DNA of 64,000 nt, from positions 36,766,001-36,830,000 of the forward strand of contig NC_042998.1 in assembly GCF_006345805.1 (NCBI RefSeq), in the 5' to 3' direction. This DNA is from Octopus sinensis. Taxonomy: Eukaryota. The notes under the pieces are model-generated. The model did not search any database. It saw only the letters and a list, made by a program, of their open reading frames with translations, and was not told where the DNA came from. This document shows, piece by piece, positions 12,168 through 25,700 of this stretch. Numbering within the stretch: position 1 is the stretch's first letter; each line of letters opens with the position of its first letter. The translations under genes and the position numbers were made by a program.

Positions 12168-13034
12168 CGAGAACCGCTATATATCAATATAACTGAGTGA
12201 ATGAAAGTGTTGATTTAACATCAAGTGTTTGGTTTAGAAGTTTGCAAGTGGACGTGTCCCTGATTTAATCAATCAATAAATATATTTCTCTAATTGGTAT
12301 CATCAAAGGAAACTGGTAGAGTACCGATGGAGAAGAAATTTTTTTAGAGAAAAGTACCAGCATTTATTTAATAAATTATTCGTTTCGAAATTCTGAAAAC
12401 GATATGGAGTACGACAAAGGCGAAGGAAAGAAAGACGTACGATCAAAGCGATGACTGCAATCATCATCATCATCATCATTCTTCGACCAACCTATAGGTG
12501 GTCGGAACTCCATTGACAATCCCTCCATGGCTGTAGCAAAGATAAGGAGAACATTAATCGGAATATATCACTGCACAATAAATAAGTCATCGTATCAAAA
12601 ATTTAGAGAAGAGACAATATAAGAACATAGAAATGTAATTTTAATTGTTAAACGTTAATGAGATTTATTGCATAAATATAAAGTACATGTGAAATTAAAA
12701 TTAATTAACCCTCTTTAGTGCTTTCCATCCTTAATTTTAGATTCACGATTTGTAAATACGGCTGGTTCACAGGGACGACGGCTATTGTACTTAAAAGGCC
12801 CAAAATAAAATTCATATAAAGGCGTATAGAATTTCGTAACAAATGAAGAAATATGTTTCAATAATTTACACTTTGGGTTCCTTGTAATTCGCTACATTTA
12901 GTGGCCTGAAATAGAGAATCTGGTGTCTATAAAGTGACATCGTTGACCAATCAACTCATCTAGCGTCTATTCTACAATATCACACCCTGTTTTATAGACA
13001 TGTATTCAGCCACTGCACATTTTATTGAGTCAGT

Positions 13035-13142
<108 letters not shown>

Positions 13143-13257
13143 TTAACTGAGTCATTATATGCCTAAATGTTTGTATGTGTGTGTGCGTCCGGAAAATGTA
13201 ACATAGTTCATAAAATGCAGAAGTTCGAAAAACAAATAGTCACTATAATCTTTCATT

Positions 13258-13515
13258 GTGGTGGCCCGTGGCTTTGTGGTTAGGTTGTCAGCACCATGAT
13301 CATAAGATTGTGGTTTCGATTCCTGGACCGGGCGACGGGTTGTGTTCTTGGGCAAAACACTTTATTTCACGTTGCTCCAGTCTACTCAGCTGGCTAAAAT
13401 GAGTAACGCTGCGATGGACTGGCGTCCTGTCCAGCTGGGGAACACATACGCCATAGAAACTGGGAAACCGGGCCCATGAGCCTGGCTAGGCTTTGAAAGG
13501 GCGCATCTGTTTATT
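13258..13515 (+). mobile_element. tRNA-derived SINE (family B head/body, different 3' tail)
   Basis: A box TGGCTTTGTGGTTAGG, B box GTTTCGATTCC, and GTGTTCTTGGGCAAAACACTTTATTTCACGTTGCTCCAG shared with 382-727. 14-bp TSD TATAATCTTTCATT at 13244-13257 and 13516-13529. Confidence 0.88.
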
Positions 13516-16500
13516 TATAATCTTTCATTAGGTGTTGACTAAGGTTGAAGGTACCTTCGAGACTTTAATCCTGAGAACTGTACACTCGCTTTGACATGCC
13601 AAGTATTTTTTCAAGACAGGAAAACATCTATATATTATATTTAACGAAAACTAACTCGTGAGGCTAAGACTAGCAAAATGCGGGAGAAAGGTAAGAAAGA
13701 TATTAAGTAAGAGGAAAGAAATCGCAACGAATCAGTGACCATTGTGCCACATTTAATGCAAGAAGTAAATGAGAGAATAATTCAAAGTTAGTCCTTAAGG
13801 AAACGAGTCACAGTATAGAGAATGAAGTGACTCGTAGATTAGAATCATGGGAAGAGGTAATCGAAGGAAGGGGGGTAGAGGAGAATAGATTCAAACAAGA
13901 GAAATGATGGAAGAGAGAGGGAAAGAAGGAGAGAGAAAGAGAGAGACAGAGATGATATAAAGAACAGAAAATATGGACGATGGAAATTAACATAAAATTT
14001 AAAATGTGTGTTGTATGGTGTTGCAGTCAGATAAAGAAAAATTATGAAGGAACAAACTGGAAAACAGAGAGTGCAAGATACAAACATGGTCACCTTATTC
14101 TTTTAATTACTGTTAATTGGGGTCTAAGGTAGTTTCAGTTATGTACATCGTGCGAGTGAAGTAGATAATATTTACGGGATGAAGTTAATTCAGTCATTAG
14201 CATTTTTTCTATTCAACGCAGAATTTCATGGGAGACTTTTGAAGTTGAACAATTTCAAGTAATTATTTATAAAGCGTTTAATTGCTGTTGTTTCTTAAAG
14301 TGTTCAGAATTTACAATGTGTGCCATGTCCGTGTTAAGATTAGAGTTGGGGTTAGGGTGTATTCAGTATAATTAGCCGTAATTTAAAATCGTTGGTATAT
14401 GGCATGTTTATGCATGTTAAAGCTGATACTTTGCAGGCGTCGTATATTTTGCCCCTACGAATTTCAAAGAAAATGTATTCAGACTGCAGGTTTTGTTCCC
14501 AGACTACGCTCCATAACTGCATTCCTTGTTCGTTTGGACTTTATCCTGTATAGAAATATGAAGGTTCTACGTTAGCCATCGTTTTTGATGTATGACAATT
14601 GATATTCGTTTTTTTATCGTGAATGTTTTGACAGTGTAAATATATGTGTGAGCGTGTTGGTGTACGTGTGTGTATGCGATTATGTACATATTTATTTATT
14701 TTTTAAAAATCTATGTCTTTCTTTGTATATCTGGTACATGCGCACACATATGCATGTCACCATATATATATACAAATGCAAAGATATAGATTTTAATGAA
14801 CTAAAGCAGTATATACAAACTCGCATAAAGGCACACATATCCATACGGGCACTTTCTCATACATATATATTACCAAAACATTCAGAATATCGCGACAGGG
14901 AGATGTGCGGAATGTTGGTTCTAAAACCGTCCTTTTAGGCCAAAATTTGCTTTCAAAATCTGTAATCATGTGAAACTAATGAATTTTTAATTCATCAACG
15001 CCTTGATGCACCGATGCAGCAATCTATGGAGACTAGGACTAAATTTATTGAGGCACTCCCTCAACATCCTTGTCTTGGTGTATACATCACGAGGACAAAA
15101 TGCTCTACCCATTGTTGAAAACATAGTCAGATTTCAGGAGAGAAAATCGAAGTATTGGTTTCCGGTAACCGATCGGGTTTCCTCGTCTTCTCTGGGCCAC
15201 CAGGGATGGTGTTGATGACGACGAGGAACGCCTCCTCGAGGAGGTAGCCTCTTCGGCTAGAGCTGAGGGCCTCATCAGAGCGTGCAACAAGTAGTAGCGA
15301 CGGGCGGTGTGTAGAAAGGGTAGGGACGTTATTGACGCGACCTGATGAACCGCACCTATTGAAGATTCTTCATTCACGGGGTTGGTTGGAGGCCTCAACC
15401 CCTATAACAGCAGATAGTTCAGAGGTTACACGATGATGCCTCCAGAGTAGCGCGCGTGCGGCTTCGGAGAGCTAAAGGTGTTACAGGGTGTACAGTTTGA
15501 ATATGTGTTACTACCACCGAGATCAGGGGTCGGCTTCACTCGGACACGCTCCTGTGACTTTCGTTCTTGTTTAGTAATGAGCTGCAGAGACAAAATATCA
15601 AATTGACCGAATGGAGGACGAGAAACGTTTACAAACTTTTCACAGAAATATGTCTTCTTAGATGCAATTCTGAATTATAAGAAATAGACTTGTGCAAATA
15701 CTCTCTTAAGGTCACTTGCAGGAAGATATTTAAAAGATGATTGACAAACATGTATGTTCAAAGAGTGAAACTTACACTGATTCATGCGCCTTTAAGTGGT
15801 TAGTATTAACAACCTTAGAAATAAGTAACTCGGCTACATGACAGTATTTGAAAGGCTTATCGACATAATATATTTCGTTTGAGTTGTGCTTCAACTGAGT
15901 GCCTTTTATTTATTCTCTGCAAAATGGATAGACACATTGAGCAATTTTCTCTACATGATTCCTGGAAATTATAAATTTGTACTTTTATTATAATTCTTAC
16001 ATTTTTCATATCAGGTTTGAGGAAGTTTTGTATCGACGTTTTCCCCAGCATGTCGAATTAAAATGACTGAAGCAAGCAGTAATCGATTACTGTACATTCC
16101 ATATAAGATAACCTGAGAATATCGCTGTAAGTTATACCAGATGCTATACTTACACAGAAATTGTTCCCCGCTCAGTTCTAAAACAATATCTGTGAACCAA
16201 TGATAAATCACTTTGAATGACAATTATATTTTCAACATGCCATACTAATGGAGAATTGGAACGTAAAATGTCTTGTAATATCGGCAAATTATAAACAAAG
16301 TGTCTTCCTCTCCGTCCGTGGGAGGCTGCGCAGTACCTGTCCATTGATTGTGAATAAGAAGATACGCACCCTATAGACAAAGATTAAACAGAATTATGAA
16401 ATTAATGAAAAGGTCTAGAAACATCGTGTGATTGACATCGACTTGACTAGAACAGAGTCGATCCTACAGAACTTTATAATGAAATGGCGAATGACATTTG

Positions 16501-17234
16501 ATAAAGAGAATGTAGACGTCAATGACCATTTGTCACGGTAGTACATCATTAATTTAATACGATACCGTACCAAAACAACCAATTTAAAGCCAATGAAAAT
16601 AGGCTCTATGTATCCAACAGCTTGAATATATTGTAAGCGTCAGCATATTTTTGTCAACGTTGAAAGCATTCATGGCGAAAAAGCTCATAAGAAACAAAAG
16701 AAAACAAATTTATATGGATGTTTTTAATTATCAGGAATATTTTCTTATTATATTAGTAATGCAATTGCAGCGTATTTGTAATTTACCAATATAAGAGGAT
16801 TTAGAAACAATGGTATATTTTAATGCATTGTGCAGTCAGTAATCTCAATCGCCACTCGCCACTCCTCAATATTTTCAAAACATTTTAGCTATTCACTTAA
16901 GAAATAGATTACGTTACTGTTTTAATAGAAAAAGAGAATTCATGATGAATCAATTTCTTACGATTATTTTTTAAGTAGAAATAATATTTATATCTAACGT
17001 ATCATCACAGCTTAGAGATATTGTATTCGAAAAATTGTTGAGACGATACGTCGTCGCACGTGCAAAGCGGCTTTTTGTAAATCAAAATTCTAACAAATAA
17101 CAAATTAGAAATATCCAAAGAATATTTGAAGGAAGGAATTTATTGTTAAATAATCGCCATTAACCCATGTCATTTCCATGCATAGCTTTCTTCTACGCAC
17201 CATCACAATCCTCACCATGTCATCACAATTGCAA

Positions 17235-17607
17235 TCTCTCTATATATATAAAGCTGAAGTATGGCAGGTTTGGTAGCCTTCAACTAACACTATCTTCTCC
17301 GAGACCCTACGGCGCAAGTTGACCAAAGTTGAGAGTATGATAGAAGAAAACTTGCTCTTCCTTCCGTATTAGATAAAATTCAAATCGGACCATGTTGACA
17401 CCAAAAAATATCTATATAAAAAAAGGGCTTTTTTTCTATGAAAATCCCTATTTTTTACGATTTGTTGCCATTTTTCGGTGTATTTCAACCAGAAAGATGT
17501 TCACTTAAAGAGAATAACAAGCTACATAATGCAAAATTTTTACTTTTCAAAAATTCCAATTCTAAATGGTCGGAACAAACCCGAACAACGCCGGGCGATA
17601 CTGCTGG
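17235..17607 (+). mobile_element. Non-autonomous Helitron-like element
   Basis: 5' A|TCTCTCTATATATATAAAGCTG. 3' hairpin CCCG-AACAACGC-CGGG followed 8 nt later by CTGG|T (CTRR end). Inserted between A and T, no TSD. Confidence 0.65.
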
Positions 17608-17843
17608 TTATTAATAATAAGAGGAAATAATGAGACTGTAAGTGAATCTGTGGTCAACACAATCTCAGCTTCAACACAGACATTTATTGGACAGTAGCAA
17701 GATATAACAGTGGTGTATGGGCTTCCTGTATAACTTACTACTGTCCAACAAATACACACACACGCACGCGCTCACACACACATGTATGTATTCGTATGTT
17801 TACACATGTTTGTATATGTATTTATAAATATGTGTACATGTAT

Positions 17844-17974
<131 letters not shown>

Positions 17975-18072
17975 TGTATTTTTATATATTCACAAACGTG
18001 CAAAAGTATGTCTCTGTGCAGTCTGTACGTATACACAGGAGTGTGAGTGTGTACGTGTGTATGGATGTGCTT

Positions 18073-18460
18073 AAGGCGGCGAGCTGGCGGGAACGTTAGC
18101 ACGCCGGGCGAAATGCTTAGCGGTATTTCGTCTGCCGTTACGTTCTGAGTTCAAATTCCGCCGAGGTCGACTTTGCCTTTCATCCTTTCGGGGTCGATAA
18201 ATTAAGTATCAGTTACGCACTGGGATCGATATAATCCACTTAATCCGTTTGTCTGTCCTTGTTTGTCCCTTCTGTGTGTAGCCCCTTGTGGACAGTAAAG
18301 AAATAGGTATTTCGTCTGCCTCTACGTTCTGAGTTCAATTCAGCCAAGGTCGATTTGCCTTTTATCCTTTCAGGGTCGACAAAATACCAATGAAACACTG
18401 GGGTCGATGTAATCAAATAGTCCCCACACCACAAATTTCAAGGCTTTGTACCTTCAGAAG
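18073..18460 (+). mobile_element. SINE family A, dimeric
   Basis: AAGGCGGCGAGCTGGC head, first unit to TAAAGAAATA, second unit GGTATTTCGTCTGCC with the alternative tail. Confidence 0.85.
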
Positions 18461-18989
18461 AAAGGATAATTATCTTCATGCTTCTATGCAGTTGCTTCTA
18501 GGTATCTCTGTGTAGGATTTAAATTTTGCTACAGTTCAATGGGCTAGAACGAATTTCGAAGTCGTGGTTGGAAGGTATGATTAAAATTTATCGGTCTCTA
18601 TTACGTTAATGAAGTTCTTTGACGTAATAACACTATTTGTAATTCATTGTTGTTCAATACTATTTCTTGGTTTAATCTTTATATATCTCCACCTCTCTGT
18701 TCACCGGTAATTTATTATATTATATTTTAATTTTTATTTTATATATCATATAAGTTATTTTTATATTCACCTTAATAACTTACACTCTACTTTTAGTCCT
18801 TCCTGTATTTGTTAACATTAAGTATTTTCAATTTCTTTAATTTACATCTACCACCTTAATTGATATGAAAGAAAATATCTTATTTTTACCGACCAAACCA
18901 AGATAATTTTTATATAATTAATAAAGAGAAAACTTTGCATGTATAGCATTATTAAATCTCAGAACGAGATGTAAACAGTAATCGCTCGA

Positions 18990-19373
18990 CAATGTAAAGT
19001 ATTATAGCCATCTCAATATGGCTAACCACAAGGGGGGGGGGAGTTACTGTAGCTTTTTAGCCCCAGGAGATCATCGTCTCCATCTGGCTTTAGAAACAAT
19101 TTCTGTGCCCTTATGGTATTTGCAAAGGGAGGTCATTCCTTTATCCCGTGATTACCGCCCGTTGATAAGAGACAATAATCTCGAAACCGCGGTCCGGTGC
19201 GCATCACTTAGGCTTACGAGAAAGGGATGGCCTCCCATTGCAAATACCATAAGGGCACAGAAACTGTGTCTAAAGCCAGCTGGAGACGATGATCTCCTGG
19301 GGCTAAAAAGCTACAGTAACATCCCCCGCTTTGTGGTTAGCTATATTGAGATGGCTATAATACTTTACATTTG
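18990..19373. mobile_element. MITE with ~155-bp long TIRs
   Basis: CAATGTAAAGTATTATAGCCATCTCAATATGGCTAACCACAA...GCCCTTATGGTATTTGCAA versus TTGCAAATACCATAAGGGCAC...TTGTGGTTAGCTATATTGAGATGGCTATAATACTTTACATTTG. Confidence 0.88.
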
Positions 19374-19461
19374 CATGTATACTTAGAGTTAAATGGATAC
19401 TGTAACCATGATGTTCTTGTCATCTGACTAACTAGCTTTATTTGTATGGATTTGAAAAATA

Positions 19462-19800
19462 TATAGTAAAGATTATTTACCAACATAATGTTGCAGTCCT
19501 GGTTAGGACAAATGTTATTGTTATTTGGCCCCAGGAAACGTCGTCTTCATCTGTCCGTCGACACATTATCTGCGTCCTTATATTTTCGAACAATGGAGTT
19601 TAGTTTCCCCCGCTCAGTTCTTAAACAATATCTGTGAACCATTGATTTCTAGGTTATTTCTGTGCTGATGCTTATGAAATATAAGGACGGAGATAGTGTG
19701 TCGACAGCCAGCTGGTAACGACGTTTCCTGGGGCTAAATAACAGTAACATTCATCCTAACCAGGACTGTCACATTATCTTCGCAAATAATCTTTACTCTA
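19462..19800. mobile_element. Related MITE with ~120-bp TIRs
   Basis: TATAGTAAAGATTATTT...CAGTCCTGGTTAGGA...GTCGACAC...CGTCCTTATATTT versus AAATATAAGGACG...GTGTCGAC...TCCTAACCAGGACTG...AAATAATCTTTACTCTA. Shares a GCCCCAGGA-containing block with the 18990 MITE. Confidence 0.82.
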
Positions 19801-20019
19801 CGGTAATTTTACTGAATGTTTCTCATTCAGAGATTTTGGAAAATAAACAATTGCAATGAATAGTGCAAAGCATGCGTATTAATGCAAAATTATAAACATA
19901 GTTTCTTCTATACTGAAATTATTACGATGTGAAGAAATGTGTGAAACAGTCGTGCACCTAAGGATGGCAAGTGCATCAATAAATGTATTCACCTCTTATA
20001 TATCTACCTATCGATCCAT

Positions 20020-20049
20020 CCGTCCGTCCATTCACCCACCCACCCATTC

Positions 20050-20117
<68 letters not shown>

Positions 20118-20228
20118 GTCTGTCTGTCTGTCTGTCTGTCTGCCTGCCTGTCTGTCTGTCTGTCTGTCCGTCCGTCTGTCTGTTTGTCTACCTACCTACC
20201 TACCTACCTACCTACCTACCTACCTACC
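20020..20228. repeat. Compound tetranucleotide repeat (CCAT/ATCT/GTCT/ACCT)
   Basis: Direct reading. Confidence 0.95.
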
Positions 20229-20904
20229 AGTGTATTGCTAAACGAATTCGCGAAGTAAGCATTTTGAAAATGGTACTGAGCTTTTGGAGCTGGCTAATGA
20301 CAAAAGCGAACCAATACTGTTATGACTACGGAGCACCGGTAAGTTCTCTGGAAAGTTGTTTTTTTTCAAACGAAACGCATATTAGTTGGTGTACGGCCAT
20401 CACTACTAATATCATAGCTAAATAAAACATCTCTAATCCGTACCTACACTAATAATAGCTGATCGTGTACTGCAGGCGAAGTTTCGAGTTAAACAAACTA
20501 AAAAAAAAGAAAAACTATGTTCACACTAATCACTTGGTCGAAACATTCAACGCCTCCAGTTTTGACACAAATCCTTCTTTCTTTCTGTTGATGTGTAGCT
20601 AACCGTGATTCGACGTTGCTCTGCAACAAAGCTCATAAAGTAAATTTCCAGAAATTAATTGACTTGATTACATAGGTGCTTTCTTTTAATATGGAGTTAA
20701 AGGATCGTGAATTTTAATAATTATGAGATTAAGCTTGTGGTTGGTTTGTAGACTGAACCTCTTTTCCAGCACAAGCATAATTATGAATGTGAACTAAAGC
20801 CTAGCTGGCATTCATAATTTTCCATTGATCGGATTTACGTTGGAATATTCAAGTAAAATCTTTAGATTTGCCAGTACATGTCCACCATAGTTTAATCTAT
20901 CTGA

Positions 20905-21310
20905 AAGCCGGTGAGCTGGCAGAATCGATAGCGCGCCGGGCGCAGTGCTTGGCTTTATTTCCTCTGCTGTTACGTTCTGAGTTCAATTTCCGCCGGGGTC
21001 GACTTTGCCTTTAATCCTTTCGGGGTCGATTAAATAGGTACCATTTACGCACTGGGGTCGATATAATCGACTTAATGCGTCTGCCAGTCCATGTTTGTAC
21101 TCTCTGTGTTTAGCGCCTTGTGGGTAATAAAGAAATAAGTATTTCGTTTTCCGCTACATTCGGAGTTCAAATGCTACCGAGGTCGACTTTGCCATTCAAC
21201 CCATCGGGGTCGATAAATTAAGTACCAGTGAAACACTAAGGTTGAAGCAATCGACTAGTCCCCTCCACACAAGTTTAAGGGCTTATGTCTCCAGCATAAA
21301 GGATTATTTA
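20905..21310 (+). mobile_element. SINE family A, dimeric, diverged
   Basis: AAGCCGGTGAGCTGGCAGAATCG head; two GGTCGACTTTGCC...GGGGTCGAT cores. Confidence 0.8.
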
Positions 21311-22397
21311 AAATATCTGCCGTTGCTTTTACAAATGGTAGTCTTAAACCTTTCAAAAGTGACTTCATTTTATTTCATCAATACCATATATTCTACTCAA
21401 GTGGTCGACTGCTGCGTTTGTTTCGTTTCAAAACTACTTGCGATAAGTGAAAATCCCCGAAGCAGAAACTGTATTGTGCTGTACATTTTTTTTTATTATC
21501 TTTATAATTTGTATATATTTATTTTATTATTAATGCAAAACAATAACACACGCTCACCTCCCGAATTTCGTTTCCCATACAGTATGTGCGATTATTTGTT
21601 TACTCATCTACGGTACACTGCGTATTTTCTGTTAATACATTTTAATTAATATATTACACGGTGCAGTACCGTCTTTTTATATACTAATTTATTTATTTTT
21701 AGGCGTGAGAATGCTTATTTTACCATTGAAATAGTTAAAGTCTAAAAAATATAAATAAGTATCTGCCGCAGAAACCCGTGATATACCGAGCAGTGAGCGA
21801 TATAAAGTTACATATATTAGCTAGAAAAATCCGCGATGTACTGAGTGCGCGATAGGTGAACCGTAAAATGGCGATTGATTTCTGTATATGTGTTCGCGCG
21901 TGGGTGTGCGTGTGGCAGAGTGAGTGGCCGCAGTCTAATGACTGAAAGAAGTAAAACAGAAGATATTTTAAATGTTCTCATTTAAAAGGTACAAAGAGTT
22001 CAGAATCCAACCTTTTCTTGTGTAACCCATAGCGTTCAGAAGACATGCGAAGTGATATCACTACATCGATATTTTCTAATGATTAAAAATTGACGAGCAT
22101 TTGAAAAGGGGCAAATTAGGAATTAAAAAATATATATATAAATCGAAATAATATATAGAAAAACATTTCATTTCGTATTAAATACAACAAATTCTTTTTA
22201 GCTCCAATAAAACACAAGTAAAATACATAAGAGAAAAGCAAAGTCTTAAGAATTATTATTCATTTTGTAAAGTCGCCTTCAGGAAAGAAAGATTATACAG
22301 TGAATTTTATGATAAACTTGATCTTATCGGAAAACGATATTTCTGATTTCAATTAATATGACTGAATAGCAAATGGGGAAATTTGGGAATATTATGG

Positions 22398-22401
22398 TAT
22401 A

Positions 22402-22498
<97 letters not shown>

Positions 22499-22547
22499 AT
22501 ATATATATATATATAAACATATATATATATATAAACATATATATATA

Positions 22548-22597
<50 letters not shown>

Positions 22598-22683
22598 TAT
22601 AAATATACATACATACATATATATATAAATATATATATATACATATATATATACACATATATATATATATTGTATTATATATA
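22398..22683. repeat. Compound (ATAC)n/(TA)n microsatellite at the LINE 3' end
   Basis: Direct reading. Confidence 0.95.
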
Positions 22684-22767
22684 TACTTTGATACTTTGAT
22701 AGGTTTCGGCCATTATTGGCCCAGGCCATGTCTAACTTAATAGCACCACCTGGTGAAGTCTTTCAAG

Positions 22768-25700
22768 TCAGAATTTGGGCACTATGGCCCACTCAAGTAG
22801 AGAGTTATTGTTTACAGAGACATATCCGGGTGTAGGGGGTTTATCCGGGATTTCTTGAAGGAATCTGTCCAAAGACTTCTTGAACCCTATAGGGTCAGTT
22901 TCTGTTTTAATGTGTTTTGGTGTAATGTTAAAGAGAGCGGGGCCAATTGAGGTGAAATAATTGTGCCGTATTGTTGTTATGAGATGAGAGTGCGATTTTT
23001 GTTTTGGGCGGATGGCACGGGGCCCAAGCCTTGGATGTACCTTAAAGGTGATGCCAACATCATTTGGGCAATGCTGATGGAATATTTTCCACATCATGCA
23101 GATGATGTAGCGCTCACGACGACGTTGGAGAGAATAGAGTTTTAGCTTTTCTAGTCGACCCCAATAGTCGAGGCCTGTCATGCCATCTATCTTTTTTGTG
23201 ATTGCCCTTTGAGGTGCTTCAACTTTTATGATACCTTGTATTGTGTGGGGAGACCACAGTGGACAACAGTATTCAAGGTGGGGTCGGGCAAAAGTGGAGA
23301 AGAGAAGGATAATGGTGTGGATATCTCTCGACTGGAAAGTTCTGAGAATCCAGGAACACATTCTGCGGGCCATGTCAACTTTGGTGTTTATATGAGTGGC
23401 CCAGCTTACGTTGTTGTCCACAATTACTCCCAAGTCTCTGATGTTGTTGGACGCCGCGAGAGTTTCACCTGAAGGAAGGGAGTATGGGAGTTTCAGGGCA
23501 TCCTCTTTTCCAAAGTGGATTAGCTCAAATTTATCCTCGTTCAGCAGCATATTGTTTTTTTCTGCCCATTGGATAACAGCCAGTAGATCTGACTGAAGGC
23601 ATGTCCGGTCACTCGCCTCATTTATGACCTTCTGTAGCTTGGAGTCATCTGCAAAGATTTTTATGTTGCTGTGCTTGATGATGTCATTAATGTCATTAAT
23701 GTAAATGATGAAAAGAAGTGGGCCCAGCACAGTGCCTTGCGGAACGCCACTACTGACTTTGGCTGGGCTTGATTTTACCCCTTCAACTACAACATGTTGA
23801 GATCTGTCTGTCAGGAAACACTTAATCCATTTCAGTAACTTTCCAGAGACACCAATGTTGGATAGTTTTTTCAATAGGATCTTGTGATCGACCCTGTCGA
23901 AGGCCTTACTGAAATCAAGGTAGATGACATCGGTGTTGGAGCCCTCTCCCAAAGCTCTCAAAATGTCCTCAAAGTGATGCAGGAGCTGCGTTAGGCAGTC
24001 CCTTCCATTACGGAACCCATGTTGGTTGGAGATCAGCCGTCTGTTGCTTTCCAGAAATTGGGTTATTCGAGATCTCACCACCCTCTCAAATACCTTGATG
24101 ATATGAGAGGTGAGTGAGATCGGACGGTAATTCACTGCAAGGGACTTGTTTCCCTTTTTGAAAACTGGGACAACAGACTGGGACAGAAGGTTTTTTGGAA
24201 TATAGCCAGCATCCAGTGAGTTTCTCCACAGATTAGCAAGGGGAGATGCAAGTTGGTGTCGACACACCTTCAGGACACAAGCAGGGAACCTATCGGGGCC
24301 TACTGCTGAATTGTGTTTTATTTCGTTTATCGCCGCTAAGACATCAGGGGCACTAAACGTTATGTCCGATATAGTGTGTTGGGGGTTGACATCACTGATA
24401 CAGCCCAGATCGGCCATATCAGGATTGCTGAAAACAGAGCAGTATTGTTTCTGCAGTATCTCGGCCATGGATTTGGCATTATCTTGGAGAGTGCCAGTTT
24501 CGTCAATTAGAGGGCCTACAGTGGAGACAGTGACCCTGCGTTTCCTCGCAAATGAAAAGAACACTTTGGGGTTGAGTTTGATTTTTTCAATGGCCCACTT
24601 CTCCTCAGCTGATCTTTGGTTATTGATGAGGGTCTTCATGCATTGTTGGAGGTTATATTTTTTGGATTCAAGCAGTGCGATAGCCGTCGAATGTGTGTGT
24701 TGCTGTTGGCAGTACTTTAGTTTGTTAATTTTTTTGTTTGTTCTTTTTATTTTTCTGATAATGGTTTTTCTGTTTTGGGGGATTCTGCACTTTTTGTTCA
24801 CAGGTCTTGGTGGGGAGTGTTTTGCACATATGTCTGTGACGGTGTCTACAAAGATCTGCCAAGATGTTTTATGGTTGGTGGAGATGTGTGTATGTGTAAA
24901 GGACCAGTCAACATTTGATAGCTCGTTCCTGATTGCATCCCAGTTGGCTTTATGGAGATCCATGTTGTCAAATGGGTGGGCTGGAGGAAGGTCACTAGGA
25001 TTAGCTTTCGGCTGGTGGAATTTCATGTTACAGAGAACCATGTCATGGTCTGAAAGAAGGGTTTTTTCCACTGTAACGTTATGTATAGTGTTAGTGTGGT
25101 TACTAAACACTAGGTCCAAAATGTTCTGATGTCTTGTTGGTGCAAGGACAAGTTGGGACAAGAAAAACTCATTCGTAAAGTCGAAAAGTGACTCTGCTGC
25201 TTCTTTGTCAGCGGTTGAGGCGGGAGTGCTTGGTTTCAAACAGTTTGTAGTCCAGTCAACACAGGGTAGATTGAAGTCTCCCATCATGAGTATGTTGCTA
25301 GAATGGCACTGTTGGATAAAGCACTTAATGCTGTTAAGGCATTCTTTAAAGCACAGTATGGGTGTTTGGGGCGGCCTATAGAGCCCAATTACTGTCAGGT
25401 CATTGGCTTTGTTGTGCACGGTGACTGATTCACAGTAGCCGTTGGAGAATATACTATTTCCATCTGCCGTAAATGAATCATGCAGGAAAATGGCAGTTCC
25501 ACCCTTCCTCCTGCCGATACGATCCGCGCGGATGGTTGTGAAATTCTTCACTCTCACTTCGGCTTCCAAGTGGGAGTTGTCAAGGTGGGTCTCAGTGAGA
25601 ATGAAGAAAGGGATGTGGTGTGAATGGTTACCAACCCAGTCTTCAATGAATTGGACCTTCCATTTTTGTGCATTGATGGAAGGGCTGACACCTTGTGCAT

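Noticed and set aside
15225-15290. Minus-strand CTGATGA-GGC(...)GCC-GAAG hammerhead look-alike
   Set aside because: GAAG replaces GAAA (the essential A15.1-U16.1 pair is absent) and there is no adjacent stem I. It lies in a GC-rich, probably retroelement-derived stretch that I could not classify.
22324-22729. Many ORF-track calls rich in YI/IY, HT, CV, LSIY, RE
   Set aside because: Translations of (TA)n, (CA)n, (ATCT)n and (GA)n microsatellites; the same applies across the window.
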